Assembly (NCBI GenBank): GCA_030615745.1
Contig: JAUWYR010000005.1
Location: 5,703-69,702 of the forward strand
From: Candidatus Zixiibacteriota bacterium
GTDB lineage: Bacteria > Zixibacteria > MSB-5A5 > SM23-73-2
Reading direction: 5' to 3'
DNA length: 64,000 nt
In this document: in pieces, positions 60,232 to 64,000 of the stretch
Layout: every line of letters starts with the position of its first letter
Position numbering within the stretch: the stretch's first letter is position 1
The notes under the pieces: generated by a model
What the model saw: the letters and a program-made list of their open reading frames with translations, nothing else
What the model was told of the DNA's origin: nothing
The model's database searches: none
Program-made: the position numbers and the translations under genes

Positions 60232-61194
60232 TCAAATTTCAACTCTCAAATCTCTTTTCTCTTTCGCTACTGCATTTTCCAAAGCCACAATCGCCACCTC
60301 CAATTGTGAATCCGAAGGCTCTTTAGTGGTTATCTTCTGCAACCATAAGCCGGGTGCAATCAAAAGCTTGGAGATTTTGCTTTCCCTTTTCTTTCCGGAG
60401 AGTTTCAAAAGTTCATAAGAACCACCTGCGACAAGAGGAAGAAGGATAAAATGAATCAAAACTCTTTTCAAAAGGGTTGGTGGAGTCCCGGTTAAAAGGA
60501 AATAGATTATGTCTGATAATGAATAAAACAAGATGGCAAAAATAACCACCACTAAGATAAAGCTGGTTCCACACCTTGGATGTTTGGTGGAATATTTTTT
60601 AACATTCTCTAAGGTCAAATCTTCTCCTGCCTCATAAGCATATACAGATTTATGTTCTGCTCCGTGATACTGAAAAACACGCTTGAACTCACTCCATAAA
60701 GAGATAGCCCAAATATATAATAAAAACATCGTCACTCTTATTATCCCGGCAACGAAATTGAAAGCTAAAGCATCCTTTTTCAATCTCAAAATGGTAGAGA
60801 CAAACAGAGGAAAAAAGAAGAATATCAAAATCCCCAAACCAAAGGCTAAAACCATTGTAATTCCCATTAAAAGTCCCTGTGACTTTTTGTTTTTTTCCGG
60901 GTTTTCACCCTTTTTTTCTGCCTCCTTTTTTTCGACATCCTCCATAGCCACATCCGCAGAATAATTTAAGCTCTTTATTCCGATGAAAAGCATCTCGATT
61001 AATGATACAATGCCTCTTATCACAGGCCAGCCTAAGAGCTTATATCGTTTAGTTAAGGAGATATAATCATCATTTTTCACCACGATTTCTCCATTCTGTT
61101 TGCGCACAGCAGTTGAGACCCTGATAGGAGAACGCATCATCACCCCCTCAATCACCGCCTGCCCACCTACGAATTTATTTGACAACAAAATCAC
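60232..61194 (-). CDS. DUF1385 (YqhQ-like) membrane protein
   Basis: [13 protein letters not shown]-terminal signature of DUF1385. Confidence 0.6.
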   Translation of the reverse strand: MILLSNKFVGGQAVIEGVMMRSPIRVSTAVRKQNGEIVVKNDDYISLTKRYKLLGWPVIRGIVSLIEMLFIGIKSLNYSADVAMEDVEKKEAEKKGENPEKNKKSQGLLMGITMVLAFGLGILIFFFFPLFVSTILRLKKDALAFNFVAGIIRVTMFLLYIWAISLWSEFKRVFQYHGAEHKSVYAYEAGEDLTLENVKKYSTKHPRCGTSFILVVVIFAILFYSLSDIIYFLLTGTPPTLLKRVLIHFILLPLVAGGSYELLKLSGKKRESKISKLLIAPGLWLQKITTKEPSDSQLEVAIVALENAVAKEKRDLRVEI

Positions 61195-61290
61195 CTCTTA
61201 TCTATCCGTTCAATCCGTTTAATCCGCTGTTTAATCCGTTTAATCTGCTGTTCAATCTGTTTCATCTGCTGTTCAATCCGTTGAGAATCT
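61195..61290. repeat. Short tandem repeat (about 9-11 bp units, roughly 8 copies)
   Basis: tatccgttcaatccgtttaatccgctgtttaatccgtttaatctgctgttcaatctgtttcatctgctgttcaatccgttgag. Confidence 0.7.
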
Positions 61291-61356
61291 ATATAAAAAG
61301 CGACCTTAAGTAATTAGTAGATACACTATACCTTTTCAAAAGGTCGCTTAAATAAA

Positions 61357-61590
61357 CTATTTAAAAGCTTTGTTTTCTTCTTTTTGTTTTTTTATCTTCT
61401 CGTATTTTCTTTTGAATTTTTCCACCCTTCCTGCGGTATCCACAAACTTCTGTTTCCCGGTGAAAAACGGATGGCAGGCAGAACATATCTCCACCCGAAT
61501 GTCTTTCACCGTAGCACGAGTGTGGATAACATTTCCACAAGCGCAGGTTATAGTGGTCTCGAAATACTTGGGATGAATCTCTTTTTTCAA
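61357..61590 (-). CDS. rpmE: 50S ribosomal protein L31
   Basis: MKKEIHPKY... with a CxCG...[10 protein letters not shown] zinc ribbon. Confidence 0.9.
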   Translation of the reverse strand: MKKEIHPKYFETTITCACGNVIHTRATVKDIRVEICSACHPFFTGKQKFVDTAGRVEKFKRKYEKIKKQKEENKAFK

Positions 61591-61675
61591 ACTAACTCTC
61601 CTATTTTAAAGCAACCTTATCCACTCTATACGAAAGAATTATAGTGAAATTTCAAGGAAAAGCAAGCAAAAATCT

Positions 61676-62437
61676 CTATTTCTTCTCTGTTTCTCCTTTA
61701 AGTAAAACAGAAAGCTCTTTTTTCGCCACCGGATTGTTTGGATCCAATTCCAAAGTCTTATTATATTCCTCTATTGCTTTCTTTTTTTCTCCTTTCTTTT
61801 GATAGACCAGACCCAGATAGGCGTGAGGTTCAGCTGAATTCGAATCGAGCTTTATCACTTTCTTTAGTTCCTCAATAGCTTGGTCATACATTTTTTGATT
61901 GTAATACACAAAGCTCAAGTTTTTTAGTGCCTCTAAGTATTTGGGATCGTAAGCTAAGACTTTTTTATAAGTGGATATAGCATCATCAATTCTTCCTGTC
62001 TCGTAGTAGGCTCTTCCTAAATTGGATAAAGCCTCGATATACCATGGATTTATCTCGGTAACCTTCTCCAAAACTTCAACCGCCTTTTCTGTCATTCCTT
62101 TTTCCATGTAGGCTCCACCCAGATTGTTATATGCAGTCTCAAAGGTGGAGTCCAGCTCGATCACCTTTTCAAACTGGGCTACAGCCTGATCGAGCATTCC
62201 TTTTTCCATGTAAGCTCCACCCAGATTATTTCTTGCCTTACAGAAATTGGGGTTTATCTTTATTGATTCTTTAAACTCCTTAATAGCTAAATCATACTGA
62301 CCCGTGTTTAGATACTCTACACCCCTATCGTAATGAACTGATGATTCCTTATGACCTTTTTTTGCGCAGAAAAGCGAAAAAATTAAAAGACAAAATAGAA
62401 AAGCTAAAAAATATTTAGACCTCATTTTTCTAAACAT
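61676..62437 (-). CDS. Secreted tetratricopeptide (TPR) repeat protein
   Basis: Signal peptide and about 6 TPR units (AxxNLGxAYxxxGxxDxAIxxYxKAL). Confidence 0.7.
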   Translation of the reverse strand: MFRKMRSKYFLAFLFCLLIFSLFCAKKGHKESSVHYDRGVEYLNTGQYDLAIKEFKESIKINPNFCKARNNLGGAYMEKGMLDQAVAQFEKVIELDSTFETAYNNLGGAYMEKGMTEKAVEVLEKVTEINPWYIEALSNLGRAYYETGRIDDAISTYKKVLAYDPKYLEALKNLSFVYYNQKMYDQAIEELKKVIKLDSNSAEPHAYLGLVYQKKGEKKKAIEEYNKTLELDPNNPVAKKELSVLLKGETEKK

Positions 62438-62519
62438 TACTATCCCTTTCTTCAGATATTATTTCATACCCACAATATTCGCTTAATCTCAGACCTCTCA
62501 ATCCCACAAGTAGTTCCAA

Positions 62520-62738
62520 CTATTTAATCTTTACCAGAGGTAGCTCAATATTTATCCGCCCGAGGTCTTCTTCTAAGGAAACTCGTTCTGAAAGACCTAC
62601 AATCTCAATCCCGAATATTTTCCCTGATTCATCTAAATCTATTAGTATCCCCTCATCCACTTTCTTTGTTTTTGCTACTTTTCCCTCTTGAAACTGGATG
62701 TACAAAGTATCAGCATTCTGATCATAGCTAATTCTCAT
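62520..62738 (-). CDS. DUF2283-family small protein (putative antitoxin partner of DUF4258)
   Basis: MRISYDQNADTLYIQF... is typical of DUF2283. Immediately downstream of a DUF4258 gene (3-bp gap). Confidence 0.5.
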   Translation of the reverse strand: MRISYDQNADTLYIQFQEGKVAKTKKVDEGILIDLDESGKIFGIEIVGLSERVSLEEDLGRINIELPLVKIK

Positions 62739-62741
62739 TAT

Positions 62742-62963
62742 TTATTCCTCCAACCAATAAGCTGTTATGATTATTATTCTTTCTTTCTCTTCAACAAAAA
62801 TGACTTCCAACGTCTTGTTTTTGATTTTTTTGGATGCGAGCCTTCTTTTTGCAAAGCTTTTATTTAATCTATCAGGAGATTTTAAAGCCAAATTCGCTTG
62901 CTCTTTAGAGATATTTCTTTGTCTAAGCCTTATCATAGCGTGTTCAGTAAAGATAATCTCCAT
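62742..62963 (-). CDS. DUF4258-family small protein (putative toxin)
   Basis: MEIIFTEHAMIRLRQRNIS... matches the DUF4258 N-terminal pattern. Confidence 0.5.
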   Translation of the reverse strand: MEIIFTEHAMIRLRQRNISKEQANLALKSPDRLNKSFAKRRLASKKIKNKTLEVIFVEEKERIIIITAYWLEE

Positions 62964-62980
62964 AAGTTTCTGTTAGAAAT

Positions 62981-64000
62981 TTACTCCACCGTTACACTCT
63001 TAGCTAAATTCCTGGGCTGGTCAACATCACAGCCTCTAAAGATCGCCATATGGTAAGCTAAAAGTTGTAGAGGTATTATGGAGAGCAAGGGAGTTAACTG
63101 CTGTGAGGTCTGAGGAATAAAAAAGACATGGTCGACTTTATCTTCTATCTGGCTATCACCTTCAGTAGCGATAGCAATAACTTTTCCTTTGCGTGCCTTT
63201 ATCTCCTCGATATTGGACAAAACCTTATTATAGACATTATCCTTAAGGGCAATCACAACCGCAGGCATGTTCTCGTCGATTAAAGCAATAGGACCATGCT
63301 TCATCTCAGAAGCTGGATAACCTTCAGCGTGAATATAAGAGATCTCCTTAAGTTTTAAGGCTCCTTCCAATGCAACTGGGAAATTTATCCCCCGGCCCAG
63401 ATACAAAAAATTGTTCTTTTTGAAATATTGTGAGGCGATCTTTTTTATATAAGAGTCCTTTTTCAAGATCTCATCCACCTGAGATGGGATTTTCTTTAAA
63501 GCTGAGATCATCTCTTTTCCCCTTTCAACTGACATTGCCCTCATTCGGGCTAAAACTAAAGCTAAAAGGGAAAGAACAGCTATCTGAGAGGTGAAGGCTT
63601 TGGTGGAGGCAACTCCTATCTCAGGACCAGCGTGGATGTATACCCCTCCATCTGTCTCCCGGGCGATCTGAGACCCTACCACATTACAAATCCCTAAAGC
63701 AGTTGCACCCTTTCTTTTCGCCTCTTTTACAGCAGCAAGAGTATCAGTGGTCTCACCTGATTGAGATATGGCAAAGACAACAGTTCCGTCATTTACGATC
63801 GGGCTTCTATATCTGAACTCAGAGGCATACTCAACCTCCACCGGAATTTGGGATAAATCCTCAATCAGATATTCACCGATCATAGCGGCATGCCATGAGG
63901 TCCCGCATGCGGTAAAGATTAGCCGGTCTATCTGGTGAAGCTCCTCATATTGAAGGTTAAGACCATTTAACCTCGCTGTTCCCTCTTTCTCATTTAACCT
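62981..64000 (-). CDS. glmS: Glutamine--fructose-6-phosphate aminotransferase (C-terminal SIS domains; 5' end beyond window)
   Basis: ...VEYASEFRYR...SQSGETTDTLAAV...ends ...AKSVTVE like GlmS. The reading frame stays open upstream to position 64000 (translates ...LIFTACGTSWHAAMIGEY), so the gene is partial. Confidence 0.85.
   Translation of the reverse strand, partial: RLNEKEGTARLNGLNLQYEELHQIDRLIFTACGTSWHAAMIGEYLIEDLSQIPVEVEYASEFRYRSPIVNDGTVVFAISQSGETTDTLAAVKEAKRKGATALGICNVVGSQIARETDGGVYIHAGPEIGVASTKAFTSQIAVLSLLALVLARMRAMSVERGKEMISALKKIPSQVDEILKKDSYIKKIASQYFKKNNFLYLGRGINFPVALEGALKLKEISYIHAEGYPASEMKHGPIALIDENMPAVVIALKDNVYNKVLSNIEEIKARKGKVIAIATEGDSQIEDKVDHVFFIPQTSQQLTPLLSIIPLQLLAYHMAIFRGCDVDQPRNLAKSVTVE

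Noticed and set aside
1-64000. CRISPR array
   Set aside because: None of the repeat families shows the regular repeat-spacer periodicity of CRISPR. The dispersed GC-rich palindromes are irregularly spaced REP or MITE types, and the 61195-61290 tandem repeat has units too short with no spacers.

Overview
AT-rich, lysine-rich coding style with long single-strand gene runs. The content is anaerobe-like (class II RNR nrdJ, thyX, many Fe-S proteins, both GluRS and GlnRS), so this is probably a contig from an uncultivated anaerobic bacterium. Housekeeping genes: gltX, glnS, alr, acpS, nrdJ-thyX, tdh-kbl, prfA, prmC, rpmE, tldD/pmbA, glmS (runs off the window end), and pgm/pmm. Accessory blocks: (1) a thiol-disulfide/ArsR/permease cluster at 1.3-5.6 kb; (2) a poorly characterised Fe-S cofactor neighbourhood at 7.0-13.1 kb (two MinD-ferredoxin ATPases, two FmdB zinc ribbons, three DUF5320-type Gly/Pro/Tyr-rich coiled-coil proteins, a ferredoxin, two NifX/NifB-like proteins, Mrp/ApbC, and a DUF134 regulator); (3) a mosaic defence/accessory island at 13.4-20.5 kb made of cassettes bounded by repeated promoter-like and REP-like elements (split pRiA4_ORF3 gene, orphan ABC permeases, an HTH-Panacea antitoxin with a RelE-like toxin, a Type II R-M pair flanked by 43-bp direct repeats, an AbiJ/HEPN-like gene); (4) an IS200-like RAYT transposase flanked by inverted REP hairpins between gltX and glnS, together with at least five families of GC-rich palindromic repeats scattered through intergenic regions; (5) secreted proteins with dockerin-like modules, a tail-fibre-like 20-aa tandem-repeat protein, and an M28 peptidase carrying an inserted 7-blade BNR propeller; (6) two GAF sensor kinases, an ACR3 arsenite pump, and a second predicted TA pair (DUF4258/DUF2283). 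No rRNA, tRNA or CRISPR arrays were recognised.
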